A stretch of 64,000 nucleotides of DNA from Flavobacteriales bacterium (GCA_013205245.1 JABMNH010000023.1:878-64877), one strand, 5' to 3'; positions 11,850-22,096 are shown, counted from the stretch's first letter. A program made the numbers and translations. Notes: generated by a model not told the origin, from the sequence alone.

Positions 11850-11966
11850 ATGAAAGTTAGAACATCAGTAAAAAAGAGAAGTGCCGAGTGCAAAATTGTG
11901 CGTAGAAAAGGCAGATTATATGTAATCAATAAAAAAAATCCTAGATTTAAACAAAGACAAGGGTAA
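11850..11966 (+). CDS. rpmJ: 50S ribosomal protein bL36 (38 aa; absent from the ORF track because it is under 60 aa)
   Basis: ATG 11850 to TAA 11964-11966 translates to [38 protein letters not shown]. This is the classic L36 frame between infA and rpsM. Only one Cys remains, so it is the zinc-independent type. Confidence 0.9.
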   Translation: MKVRTSVKKRSAECKIVRRKGRLYVINKKNPRFKQRQG

Positions 11967-11968
11967 TT

Positions 11969-12343
11969 ATGGCAAGAATAGCAGGAGTTGATTTACCAAA
12001 GTATAAAAGAGGAGTTATAGGTTTAACTTACATCTTTGGAATCGGAAATAGTCGCGCTAAAAATATTTTAGCTGCAGCAAAAGTTGATGAAAGTAAAAAA
12101 GTTCAAGATTGGACTGATGAAGAAATTAACATCATCAGAGAAACAGTTAGAGAGTTTAAAATTGAAGGTGAGTTACGTTCAGAAATTCAGATAAACATTA
12201 AACGTTTAATGGATATTGGATGTTACAGAGGTATCCGTCATAGATCTGGTTTACCACTAAGAGGCCAACGTACAAAAAACAATTCTAGAACTAGAAAAGG
12301 TAAACGTAAAACAGTAGCTAACAAAAAGAAAGCAACTAAATAA
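11969..12343 (+). CDS. rpsM: 30S ribosomal protein uS13
   Basis: [11 protein letters not shown]-terminus and [22 protein letters not shown] motif. Confidence 0.97.
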   Translation: MARIAGVDLPKYKRGVIGLTYIFGIGNSRAKNILAAAKVDESKKVQDWTDEEINIIRETVREFKIEGELRSEIQINIKRLMDIGCYRGIRHRSGLPLRGQRTKNNSRTRKGKRKTVANKKKATK

Positions 12344-12351
12344 TTTATAGT

Positions 12352-12744
12352 ATGGCGAAGTCAAGTACGAAAAATACGAAAAAACGAAAAGTTATTGTTG
12401 AATCTGTTGGAGAAGCACATATTACAGCTTCATTTAACAACATTATTATATCATTAACCAATAAAAATGGCGATGTTATATCTTGGTCAACTGCTGGTAA
12501 GCAAGGATTTAGAGGTTCTAAAAAGAACACGCCTTATGCTGCTCAAACAGCTGCAGAAGATTGTGCTAAAGTGGCACATGAAGCTGGATTAAGAAAAGTA
12601 AAGGTTTATGTTAAAGGCCCTGGAAATGGTAGAGAATCTGCCATCAGAACTTTACATAATAGCGGTATTGAAGTTACAGAAATTGTTGATGTAACACCAC
12701 TACCACATAATGGATGTAGACCTCCAAAAAGAAGAAGAGTTTAA
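12352..12744 (+). CDS. rpsK: 30S ribosomal protein uS11
   Basis: [18 protein letters not shown] and [15 protein letters not shown] motifs. Confidence 0.97.
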   Translation: MAKSSTKNTKKRKVIVESVGEAHITASFNNIIISLTNKNGDVISWSTAGKQGFRGSKKNTPYAAQTAAEDCAKVAHEAGLRKVKVYVKGPGNGRESAIRTLHNSGIEVTEIVDVTPLPHNGCRPPKRRRV

Positions 12745-12830
12745 ATAAATTTTATTAATAATAAAGATAGATTATAGGTTATCGAAGGAGTAAGCCTTAA
12801 TTCATAACCCTATCTTATAAACAATTTGAA
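12745..12830 (+). promoter_or_regulatory. Structured rpsD 5' leader (candidate S4 autoregulatory leader)
   Basis: 86-nt spacer, the largest inside the r-protein cluster. Paper fold: GATAG (12766-12770) with CTATC (12810-12814), GGTTAT (12777-12782) with ATAACC (12804-12809), and an inner AAGG/CCTT pair. S4 leaders are a known class. Confidence 0.45.
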
Positions 12831-13436
12831 ATGGCAAGATATACAGGACCACAAACAAAAATAGCACGTAAATTTGGCGAAGCTATCTTTGGAGATGATA
12901 AATCTTTCGAAAAAAGAAATTATCCTCCAGGGCAACACGGTAACGCAAAACGTCGCGGAAAGAAATCAGAGTACGCAGTTCAGTTACAAGAAAAACAAAA
13001 AGCTAAATACTCTTATGGTATTTTAGAAAAACAATTTAGAAATTTATTCGAAAAAGCCTCTAGAAGTAAAGGTATTACGGGTGAAATTTTATTACAATTA
13101 TGTGAATGTCGTTTAGATAACGTTGTTTTTAGAATGGGTATAGCCCCTTCAAGAAGAGCAGCACGTCAATTGGTATCGCACAGACACATCACAGTAAATG
13201 GCAATATTGTTAATATTCCTTCTTATTCATTACTACCTAATGATGTAGTTGCTGTGAGAGAAAAATCTAAATCACTTCAAGCTATTGATGAATCTTTAAA
13301 TGGCAATAAAAGTGTTTATGAATGGATGACGTTTAATAACGAAACAAAACAAGGTACATTTGTTACTGTTCCAGAACGTATTCAAATTCCTGAGACTATC
13401 AAAGAACAATTAATCGTAGAGTTATACTCTAAATAA
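12831..13436 (+). CDS. rpsD: 30S ribosomal protein uS4
   Basis: [17 protein letters not shown]-terminus; S4 domain [10 protein letters not shown]...RQLVSHRHI. Confidence 0.97.
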   Translation: MARYTGPQTKIARKFGEAIFGDDKSFEKRNYPPGQHGNAKRRGKKSEYAVQLQEKQKAKYSYGILEKQFRNLFEKASRSKGITGEILLQLCECRLDNVVFRMGIAPSRRAARQLVSHRHITVNGNIVNIPSYSLLPNDVVAVREKSKSLQAIDESLNGNKSVYEWMTFNNETKQGTFVTVPERIQIPETIKEQLIVELYSK

Positions 13437-13448
13437 GATAAATTAACT

Positions 13449-14441
13449 ATGGCAATTTTAAATTTTCAAAAACCCGATAAGGTTATTATGTTAGAATCTA
13501 CCGATTTTAAAGGTAGATTTGAATTCAGACCTCTAGAACCTGGTTATGGATTAACCGTAGGTAATGCATTACGACGCGTATTACTTTCTTCATTAGAAGG
13601 ATATGCTATTACATCTTTAAGAGTAGAAGGTGTTGAGCATGAGTTCTCTACAATAAAAGGCGTGGTAGAAGATGTTACAGAAATAATTTTGAATTTAAAA
13701 CAAGTACGTTTTAAAAAACAAATTGAAGATACCGACAACGAAACGGTTTCTATTTCTGTAAAAGGTCAAGAACAATTAACAGCGGGTCATTTTCAAAAAT
13801 TCATTTCTGGTTTTCAAGTATTAAATCCAGAATTGGTAATCTGTAATATGGAGAAATCTGTAAAATTAGATTTAGAAATTGCTATCGAAAAAGGACGTGG
13901 CTTTGTGTTATCTGATGATAATAAAAAAGCAACAAGTGCTTTAGGTACAATTTTTATTGATTCGATTTTCACACCAATCAAAAATGTAAAATACACCATT
14001 GAGAACTTTCGTGTTGAGCAAAAAACAGATTACGAAAAATTGGTTTTTGATATAGAATCTGATGGTTCTATAAACCCTAAAGAAGCTTTAACCGAAGCTG
14101 CTAAAATCTTAATACATCACTTTATGTTATTTTCTGATGAGCGTATTACGCTTGAAGCTGATGAAATAGCAGAAACTGAATCGTATGATGAAGAATCACT
14201 TCATATGCGTCAACTTTTAAAAACCAGATTGGTAGATATGGATTTATCTGTACGTGCCTTAAACTGTTTAAAAGCGGCAGAAGTAGATACTTTAGGAGAT
14301 TTAGTATCATTCAATAAAAACGACTTAATGAAATTTAGAAACTTTGGTAAAAAATCTTTAACAGAGTTAGACGAATTGGTAAATATTAAAGGTTTACAAT
14401 TCGGAATGGATTTAGGTAAATATAAACTAGATAGAGACTAA
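13449..14441 (+). CDS. rpoA: DNA-directed RNA polymerase subunit alpha
   Basis: [26 protein letters not shown]-terminal domain; C-terminal [10 protein letters not shown] HhH domain. Confidence 0.97.
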   Translation: MAILNFQKPDKVIMLESTDFKGRFEFRPLEPGYGLTVGNALRRVLLSSLEGYAITSLRVEGVEHEFSTIKGVVEDVTEIILNLKQVRFKKQIEDTDNETVSISVKGQEQLTAGHFQKFISGFQVLNPELVICNMEKSVKLDLEIAIEKGRGFVLSDDNKKATSALGTIFIDSIFTPIKNVKYTIENFRVEQKTDYEKLVFDIESDGSINPKEALTEAAKILIHHFMLFSDERITLEADEIAETESYDEESLHMRQLLKTRLVDMDLSVRALNCLKAAEVDTLGDLVSFNKNDLMKFRNFGKKSLTELDELVNIKGLQFGMDLGKYKLDRD

Positions 14442-14471
14442 TAACCGTAACGGTTTAATGTTAATTGTAAG

Positions 14472-15002
14472 ATGAGACACGGAAAAAAACACAATCATTT
14501 AGGAAGACAAACAGCACATAGAAAGGCAATGCTTGCCAATATGGCTTGTTCTTTAATAGCACATAAACGTATTAATACCACTTTGGCAAAAGCAAAAGCT
14601 TTACGCGTATATGTAGAACCATTAATTACAAAATCTAAAGAAGATACCACGCATAACAGACGTATTGTTTTTAGTTATTTGAAAGATAAATATGCTATTA
14701 CAGAGCTTTTTAGAGATATAGCTACTAAAGTAGCAGACAGACCAGGAGGATACCTTCGTATTATTAAATTAGGAAATCGTCAAGGCGATAATGCCGATAT
14801 GGCTATGGTAGAACTTGTTGATTATAACGAGTTGTACAATCCTAACGAAAAGAAAGCAAAGAAAACAACTAGAAGACGCAAATCTACTAAAAGTGTAGAA
14901 GCCGAAGTTGTAGAAACAGAAGTTGTAGAAACAGCAAGCGAAGCTCCAGTAGCTGATGTTGTAGAAGAAACTAAAGATGAAACACCAAAAGAAGAAATTT
15001 AA
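14472..15002 (+). CDS. rplQ: 50S ribosomal protein bL17 with acidic C-terminal extension
   Basis: [25 protein letters not shown]-terminus. About 50 aa of Lys- then Glu/Val-rich tail. Confidence 0.95.
   Translation: MRHGKKHNHLGRQTAHRKAMLANMACSLIAHKRINTTLAKAKALRVYVEPLITKSKEDTTHNRRIVFSYLKDKYAITELFRDIATKVADRPGGYLRIIKLGNRQGDNADMAMVELVDYNELYNPNEKKAKKTTRRRKSTKSVEAEVVETEVVETASEAPVADVVEETKDETPKEEI
14904..14933 (+). repeat. Perfect 15-nt tandem duplication (GAAGTTGTAGAAACA x2) inside the rplQ tail
   Basis: Read directly from the sequence. It encodes [10 protein letters not shown]. Confidence 0.85.
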
Positions 15003-15022
15003 ATGGTTGTTTCTTATTAGAT

Positions 15023-15059
15023 AAAAAAAAGACAAACTTAATAGTTTGTCTTTTTTTTT
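15023..15059 (+). terminator. Rho-independent terminator after rplQ
   Basis: A8 - GACAAACT - TAAT - AGTTTGTC - T9. Perfect 8-bp stem with flanking A/T runs. Confidence 0.75.
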
Positions 15060-15145
15060 ACATAATTTTATATCTTAATCATAAAAACAAATATCATGTT
15101 CTTAAAATTTAACCTTTTAATGCTTTTATTTATAAATAAAGAAGT

Positions 15146-15832
15146 ATGAAATACATTTTAGTTTTATTCATTATATTTTCAGCGGGAATTACTTCTGCTC
15201 AAAATGAAAGAACAACAAACTTTCAATTAGAAAAATTTGATAACATTATAAGGGGAGGTTTAGGATCTACTTTTTTTTATAATTCTAAAAGGGAAGTTAA
15301 AGTCACAGAATATTTATTTGACAATTGGGATAATAGTGCTGTTATTACGAATAACGAAAATCATAATTTTTTGTTTAAAAATGTGAATATTAATATTAAT
15401 CAAAATGTTATTCAAGCTAAAATTGCTAGGGATTCTGTTTTTGACTTTAATTTAAATGACATAAAACATATTGTTATAAATAGCAAAATGTATAAAAATA
15501 TTTATAGCTCTGAGGGTAAGAGAATTTACGAAATAATTTATGAGTCTGATAAATTTTCTATTATAAAAGGTTTTGAATCAGTTGTAATTGCGGCTTCTAT
15601 TAATCCAATGGTAAATCATGTTTTAAAAGAAAAAAGTGTACGTAGGGAAACCTATTATTTAAAATCTGACTTACAAACACTACCTTTTAGACTTAGTAAA
15701 TCTAAGGTGTTGAAACTATTTGCTAATGACCCTGAAAGAGCAATTGAAATAAATGCTTTAATGAAAAGCAGAAGATTGTCGTATAAAAAAGAGGGAGACC
15801 TTAAAAAGGTGCTAATATTAACTGAAAAATAA
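15146..15832 (+). CDS. Hypothetical secreted protein (signal peptide MKYILVLFIIFSAGITSAQ)
   Basis: Long ORF with a clear signal peptide, bracketed by two terminators. Asn/Ile/Lys-rich. I recognise no family. Confidence 0.7.
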   Translation: MKYILVLFIIFSAGITSAQNERTTNFQLEKFDNIIRGGLGSTFFYNSKREVKVTEYLFDNWDNSAVITNNENHNFLFKNVNININQNVIQAKIARDSVFDFNLNDIKHIVINSKMYKNIYSSEGKRIYEIIYESDKFSIIKGFESVVIAASINPMVNHVLKEKSVRRETYYLKSDLQTLPFRLSKSKVLKLFANDPERAIEINALMKSRRLSYKKEGDLKKVLILTEK

Positions 15833-15858
15833 TATATTAATATATACTGCTAATAATT

Positions 15859-15889
15859 AAGGTGTTATTTTTTTAACACCTTTTTTTTT
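15859..15889 (+). terminator. Rho-independent terminator
   Basis: AAGGTGTTA - T6 loop - TAACACCTT followed by a T run. Confidence 0.7.
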
Positions 15890-15899
15890 GTAAAATAGC

Positions 15900-15928
15900 T
15901 TGAATTCGAATTGTATAAATTATTTTTG
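15900..15928 (+). promoter_or_regulatory. Candidate Bacteroidota-type promoter of carA (TTG -33 / TATTTTTG -7)
   Basis: TTG at 15900-15902, an 18-nt spacer, then TATTTTTG at 15921-15928, 19 nt before the ATG. Matches the TTG-N(17-23)-TAnnTTTG consensus known for Bacteroidota. Confidence 0.35.
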
Positions 15929-15947
15929 CAAAACTTTAATTTGAAAT

Positions 15948-17060
15948 ATGAAATATCAAACTAGGAAAAAAGCAATACTCCTTTTAGAAGACGGAACTAT
16001 TTTTGAAGGAAAATCAATCGGAATTAAAGGCAGCGCCGTTGGCGAAATATGCTTTAATACCGGCACCACTGGCTATCAAGAAATTTTTACTGATCCTTCT
16101 TATTTTGGGCAACTTATGGTAGCTACCAACGCACACATTGGTAATTATGGTGTTTTTGATGATGACGTAGAATCAGATTCTATAAAAATTTCTGGTTTGG
16201 TATGTCGCAATTTTAGTCAAAATTACTCAAGACCAAAAGCCACAGATTCTTTATTCAATTGGTTTGAAAAGCAAAACTTGGTTGCTATTTCTGATGTTGA
16301 CACACGTGCTTTGGTACGTCACATTCGCGATAAAGGCGCTATGAATGCTGTTATTTCAACAGAAACAGAAGATGTTACATTATTGCAACAAAAACTCGAT
16401 AATGTGCCAAACATGGTAGGTTTAGAGTTGGCTTCAAAAGTATCAACAAAAGCGCCTTACTTTTTTGGAAACCCAGAGGCAACCTATAAAATAGCAGCTT
16501 TAGATTTGGGTATCAAACAAAACATCTTAAATAATATAGCCGAAAGAGATTGTTATATTAAAGTTTTTCCTTTTGATGCTACTTTTGATCAGATGATAGC
16601 TTTTAATCCTGACGGATATTTTCTTTCTAATGGTCCTGGCGATCCAAATCCGTTAAAAGAAGCGCAAGAATTAGCAAAAATAATATTAGATCATAATCTC
16701 CCTTTATTTGGCATTTGTTTAGGCCATCAAGTTATTGCACTTGCAAATGGTATAAAAACCTATAAAATGCACAACGGACACAGAGGCATAAACCATCCTG
16801 TAAAGAATTTATTAACAGGTAAAGGCGAAGTAACATCACAAAACCACGGTTTTGTAGTAGACAGGGAATCTGTAGAGAAAAATGAAAACTTAGAAATTAC
16901 CCATCTGCATTTAAACGATGACACTGTTGCAGGCTTACGTGTAAAAAACAAAAACTGTTTTTCTGTACAATACCATCCAGAAGCAAGTCCTGGACCACAT
17001 GATTCAGCTTATTTGTTTGATGATTTTATCACGATGATTCAAAAAAGTAAAAAGGCTTAA
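15948..17060 (+). CDS. carA: Carbamoyl-phosphate synthase small (glutaminase) subunit
   Basis: GEICFNTGTTGYQEIFTDPSY N-domain; class-I amidotransferase GICLGHQ and HGF..QYHPE motifs. Confidence 0.95.
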   Translation: MKYQTRKKAILLLEDGTIFEGKSIGIKGSAVGEICFNTGTTGYQEIFTDPSYFGQLMVATNAHIGNYGVFDDDVESDSIKISGLVCRNFSQNYSRPKATDSLFNWFEKQNLVAISDVDTRALVRHIRDKGAMNAVISTETEDVTLLQQKLDNVPNMVGLELASKVSTKAPYFFGNPEATYKIAALDLGIKQNILNNIAERDCYIKVFPFDATFDQMIAFNPDGYFLSNGPGDPNPLKEAQELAKIILDHNLPLFGICLGHQVIALANGIKTYKMHNGHRGINHPVKNLLTGKGEVTSQNHGFVVDRESVEKNENLEITHLHLNDDTVAGLRVKNKNCFSVQYHPEASPGPHDSAYLFDDFITMIQKSKKA

Positions 17061-17165
17061 TTTTTATTTCTAGCGAAAACGATATCGTATAAATAGCTTT
17101 AAAATCAGCTATAGATTTAACAATATTAGTAACTTGCAGTATCAATAAATATAAATCTTAAATAA

Positions 17166-18458
<1,293 letters not shown>

Positions 18459-18483
18459 GCAATAATTTTTTACACTTGTTAAT

Positions 18484-18516
18484 AAAAGCCAAATTCTAAT
18501 TTAGAATTTGGCTTTT
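18484..18516 (+). terminator. Rho-independent terminator after eno
   Basis: AAAAGCCAAATTCTA - ATT - TAGAATTTGGCTTTT. Confidence 0.7.
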
Positions 18517-18751
18517 ATATTAGGAGCCTCTTTTATTATAAATAGTTGTGTGTAATAAGTGTTACCAACATAATTTCTATTTAATGACAAATATCATACT
18601 TATAATTCTTGTTTGATGTTAAATTTGGACTTAAGTGAATTTTTACAAAAAACGAGACTTTTATATAAAATAAGCAATTTTTTTATTTTTTAATTAACTC
18701 ATTATTTTGTAAATTCGAGGAAAGATTTCGGACTAAAAAAATATAAAAAAG

Positions 18752-20041
18752 ATGAGCGAAAATGCAATTTTAGAAGTTGATGGAAAACGTTATGAATTCC
18801 CTGTTTTAAGAGGAACCGAAAACGAAATAGCGATAGATTTAAAGACCTTACGCAGTGTTACAAATGGCATAATAACGCTAGATCCTGGATACAAAAACAC
18901 AGGTGCTTGTAAAAGTGCCATTACTTTTTTAGATGGCGAAAAAGGTATTTTGCGTTACCGTGGTTATTCTATTGAAAGTTTGGCAGAGAAATCAAATTTT
19001 TTAGAAGTAGCTTATCTTGTTATTTTTGGAGAATTACCTACGGCAGCACAATTTAAAAAGTTTGATGATGATATTAAAGCACATTCATTGCTAAACGAAG
19101 AAATGAAAAACATTATTAATGGTTTTCCAAAGGTAGCGCACCCAATGGGTATGCTGTCATCTTTAACAAGTGCTTTAACGGCATTTAATCCTATTACTGT
19201 CAATGTACATTCAGAAAAAGACTTGTATAATGCTATTGTAAAGCTTTTAGCTAAATTCCCTGTATTAGCAGCATGGGCTCATAGTGTTAACCAAGGCACA
19301 CCTTTAAATTATGCCGATAACTCTTTAGATTACGTTTCAAATATCATGCAAATGATGTTTGAAATCCCAACAACCAAATATGTTATCAATCCAATTGCTG
19401 TTAAAGCTTTAGACCAATTGTTAATTCTGCACGAAGACCACGAACAAAATTGTTCTACATCTACTGTAAGAATTGTTGGGTCATCAGAAGCAGGTTTGTT
19501 TGCCTCAATTTCTGCAGGTGTTTCTGCCCTTTGGGGACGTTTACACGGTGGCGCAAATCAGGCTGTTATCGAGATGTTAGAAGCAATTCAAAAAGATGGT
19601 GGCGATGTAGATAAATTCATCCTTAAAGCAAAAGACCCTAATGACCCTTTCCGTTTAATGGGATTTGGTCACCGTGTGTATAAAAACTTCGATCCACGTG
19701 CCAAAATTATTAAAGCTGCCGCTGATGAATTATTAGCCGAATTAAACATAAATGACCCCGCTTTAAAAATTGCCAAACATTTAGAAGAAGTTGCTCTTAA
19801 AGATGAGTATTTTGTAAGTCGTAAACTGTATCCTAATGTCGATTTCTATTCAGGCATCATTTATAAAGCTTTAGGCATTCCTTCAGAAATGTTTACAGTA
19901 ATGTTTGCCATTGGCCGTTTGCCTGGTTGGATAGCACAATGGAAAGAAATGCGCTTAGGAGGCGAACCTATCGGACGCCCACGTCAGTTATATGTAGGTC
20001 ATACCGAAAGAGATTTTAAGGCTATTGAAACTAGAAAATAG
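18752..20041 (+). CDS. gltA: Citrate synthase
   Basis: ITFLDGEKGILRYRGY, GFGHRVYKNFDPRA and LYPNVDFYSG motifs. Confidence 0.96.
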   Translation: MSENAILEVDGKRYEFPVLRGTENEIAIDLKTLRSVTNGIITLDPGYKNTGACKSAITFLDGEKGILRYRGYSIESLAEKSNFLEVAYLVIFGELPTAAQFKKFDDDIKAHSLLNEEMKNIINGFPKVAHPMGMLSSLTSALTAFNPITVNVHSEKDLYNAIVKLLAKFPVLAAWAHSVNQGTPLNYADNSLDYVSNIMQMMFEIPTTKYVINPIAVKALDQLLILHEDHEQNCSTSTVRIVGSSEAGLFASISAGVSALWGRLHGGANQAVIEMLEAIQKDGGDVDKFILKAKDPNDPFRLMGFGHRVYKNFDPRAKIIKAAADELLAELNINDPALKIAKHLEEVALKDEYFVSRKLYPNVDFYSGIIYKALGIPSEMFTVMFAIGRLPGWIAQWKEMRLGGEPIGRPRQLYVGHTERDFKAIETRK

Positions 20042-20060
20042 TATTTAAAAAAAAGTTAAA

Positions 20061-20092
20061 AAAGCCAAAAAATTATTTTTTTGGCTTTTTTT
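20061..20092 (+). terminator. Rho-independent terminator after gltA
   Basis: AAAGCCAAAAAA - loop - TTTTTTGGCTTTTTTT. Confidence 0.7.
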
Positions 20093-20145
20093 GTTTGATA
20101 TTTGAATAACTAAAAAATCAATAAACCCCCTCCTAAATAATAAGT

Positions 20146-21054
20146 ATGCGCATACATATTGATAATGAAACTACAAGCTTAAAATCTGTTATTTTAGGTA
20201 TTGCAAATCAAAACGGGCCAACACCAAAACCAGAAGAATGTTACGATCCCAAATCTAAACAACATGTTTTGGCAGGTACTTATCCGTTAGAAGCCGATAT
20301 GCTAAAAGAGTTGGATGCCTTTTTAAAAGTCCTCAATAAATACAATGTTAAGGTTTATCGTCCAGAAATTATTACAGATGTCAATCAGATTTTTACCCGC
20401 GATATTGCTTTTGTAATCGACAATTTGTTTTTTAAATCGAACATTTTACCCAACAGATTTGACGAATTACAGGCCGTAGATTATATCATCAAACAAATAG
20501 ACCCAAAGCAAGTTATTACGCTTCCCGCTGATGTACACGTAGAAGGTGGCGATGTAATGCCATATAACGACTATCTTTTTATTGGCACCTATACAGCGCC
20601 CGATTATCCACAACAAATAACAGCACGCACCAATGCAGCCGCTGTGGCTTTTTTAACAAAGCAATTCCCCAATAAAAAAGTAAAGGCTTTTGAGCTTAGA
20701 AAATCTACCGAAGCCAAAAACAATGCCTTGCATTTAGATTGTTGTTTTCAACCCGTTGGAAAAGACAAAGCCATTATTCATAAAAACGGCTTTTTGAATG
20801 AAGCCGATTATCATTTTTTGATTAACCTTTTTGGAGAAGACAATGTCTTTGAAATTACAAAAGACGAAATGTACAATATGAATTCCAACGTTTTTTCTAT
20901 TTCAGAAAAGGTGGTGGTTTCAGAACAAAACTTTACACGGCTCAACACATGGTTGCTTGCCCAAGGTTTTTTGGTAGAAGAAATTCCGTATGCCGAAATT
21001 GCCAAACAAGAAGGTTTGTTGCGTTGTTCTACTTTGCCATTGTTGAGGGGATAA
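20146..21054 (+). CDS. Guanidino-group modifying (pentein) enzyme, amidinotransferase/DDAH-like
   Basis: About 300 aa with HVEGGDV, LHLDCCF and a C-terminal LLRCSTLP candidate Cys nucleophile. Family call is from motif memory; substrate unknown. Confidence 0.7.
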   Translation: MRIHIDNETTSLKSVILGIANQNGPTPKPEECYDPKSKQHVLAGTYPLEADMLKELDAFLKVLNKYNVKVYRPEIITDVNQIFTRDIAFVIDNLFFKSNILPNRFDELQAVDYIIKQIDPKQVITLPADVHVEGGDVMPYNDYLFIGTYTAPDYPQQITARTNAAAVAFLTKQFPNKKVKAFELRKSTEAKNNALHLDCCFQPVGKDKAIIHKNGFLNEADYHFLINLFGEDNVFEITKDEMYNMNSNVFSISEKVVVSEQNFTRLNTWLLAQGFLVEEIPYAEIAKQEGLLRCSTLPLLRG

Positions 21055-21109
21055 AAAACTTAAAAACGATAAAATTATATTAATTTTGCAGCACCAAATA
21101 CGTGTACAA

Positions 21110-22048
21110 ATGCCACAAGCCACCAATAACATTTTAATGATTCGCCCTGTGGCGTTCAGAATGAACGAACAAACCGCTGTAAATAATTACTATCAAAAAG
21201 TACTCGAAAACGTTTTGCCTGCCACAGTGCAAGCCAAAGCCTTAGCAGAGTTTGATGCTTTTGTTCAAAAATTAAGGAATGTTGGTGTAAATGTTGTTGT
21301 GATAGAAGATACCTTAGAACCCAGCACACCAGATTCTATTTTTCCAAACAATTGGATTTCTTTTCATCAAACGGGTATTGTTGGTTTGTATCCTATGTTT
21401 GCCGTAAACAGACGCCTAGAACGCCGTGATGATATTTTAGATATTTTAGAAGAACAAGGTTTCGTAATTAACAACACCATAGATTACACCACTGCCGAAG
21501 AGGAGAATTTCTTTTTAGAAGGCACAGGCAGTTTGGTGTTAGATAGGGTAAACCGTAAAGCCTATTGTGCTTTATCGCCCAGAGCCGATGAAGATTTATT
21601 GATAGAATTTTGCGAAGATTTCGAATATTTGCCAATTATTTTTAATGCCAATCAAACGGTTGATAGCAAAAGAGAAGCCATTTATCACACCAATGTGATG
21701 ATGTGTATAGCGCCTCATTTTGCCGTGGTGTGTCTAACTTGTATTGACGATAAAAAAGAACGCAAAAGCCTCATTAAACACCTTAAAGAAGACGGCAAAG
21801 AAATTATTGCCATAACCGAAGATCAGGTAAATAATTTTGCAGGAAATATGTTGTCGGTTTTGGGTACCGATGACAAAGAATATATTGTGATGAGCCAATC
21901 GGCTTACCAATCGTTAACAGCAACACAAATACAAAGCATCGAAAAATACGCCACAATTTTGTCTAGCAATGCCGATACTATTGAAGCCTGTGGTGGTGGA
22001 AGCGTGCGTTGCATGATGGCCGAAGTGTATTTGCCAAAAGCACTTTAA
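21110..22048 (+). CDS. Arginine deiminase-related / citrulline-utilisation (CtlX-like) pentein hydrolase
   Basis: IRPVAFRMNEQTAVNNYYQ N-terminus and C-terminal CGGGSVRCMMAEV catalytic-Cys motif. ATG 21110 is preferred over the tracked TTG 21086. Confidence 0.7.
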   Translation: MPQATNNILMIRPVAFRMNEQTAVNNYYQKVLENVLPATVQAKALAEFDAFVQKLRNVGVNVVVIEDTLEPSTPDSIFPNNWISFHQTGIVGLYPMFAVNRRLERRDDILDILEEQGFVINNTIDYTTAEEENFFLEGTGSLVLDRVNRKAYCALSPRADEDLLIEFCEDFEYLPIIFNANQTVDSKREAIYHTNVMMCIAPHFAVVCLTCIDDKKERKSLIKHLKEDGKEIIAITEDQVNNFAGNMLSVLGTDDKEYIVMSQSAYQSLTATQIQSIEKYATILSSNADTIEACGGGSVRCMMAEVYLPKAL

Positions 22049-22096
22049 TCCCCTCTTGAGAGGGGAAAACACGAAGTGTTAGGGGAGTGCTGTTTT
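22039..22096 (+). terminator. Compound GC-rich stem-loop cluster followed by a T run (candidate terminator of the pentein pair)
   Basis: Hairpin A is CCCCTC(22050-55)/GAGGGG(22060-65). Hairpin B is AACAC(22068-72)/GTGTT(22076-80). The outer pairing AGCACT(22039-44)/AGTGCT(22086-91) is followed by GTTTTCATTTT. Confidence 0.35.

Noticed and set aside
14443-14455. Small hairpin AACCG-TAA-CGGTT between rpoA and rplQ
   Set aside because: Only 5 bp and no T run. Too weak to call an attenuator without comparative support.
15948-17060. carA without carB, and pdhA-pdhC (25585-27847) without pdhB, considered as signs of gene loss or novel complexes
   Set aside because: Split locations of carA/carB and of the E1 beta gene are, to my knowledge, the normal arrangement in Flavobacteriia. 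The partners are presumably elsewhere in the genome.
18517-18751. 235-nt ORF-free stretch between the eno terminator and gltA, scanned for an ncRNA
   Set aside because: I found no stable stems, conserved-looking motifs or terminator. It looks like an ordinary long AT-rich promoter/leader region for gltA, with a near-match TTATTTTG at about 18702-18709.
20126-20133. C-rich motifs (CCCCCTCC at 20126-20133; CCCCTC at 22050-22055) flanking the two pentein genes, considered as possible insertion scars or direct repeats
   Set aside because: Only about 6 nt are shared, and there are no inverted-repeat termini or mobility genes. The right-hand motif is better explained as part of a terminator structure.
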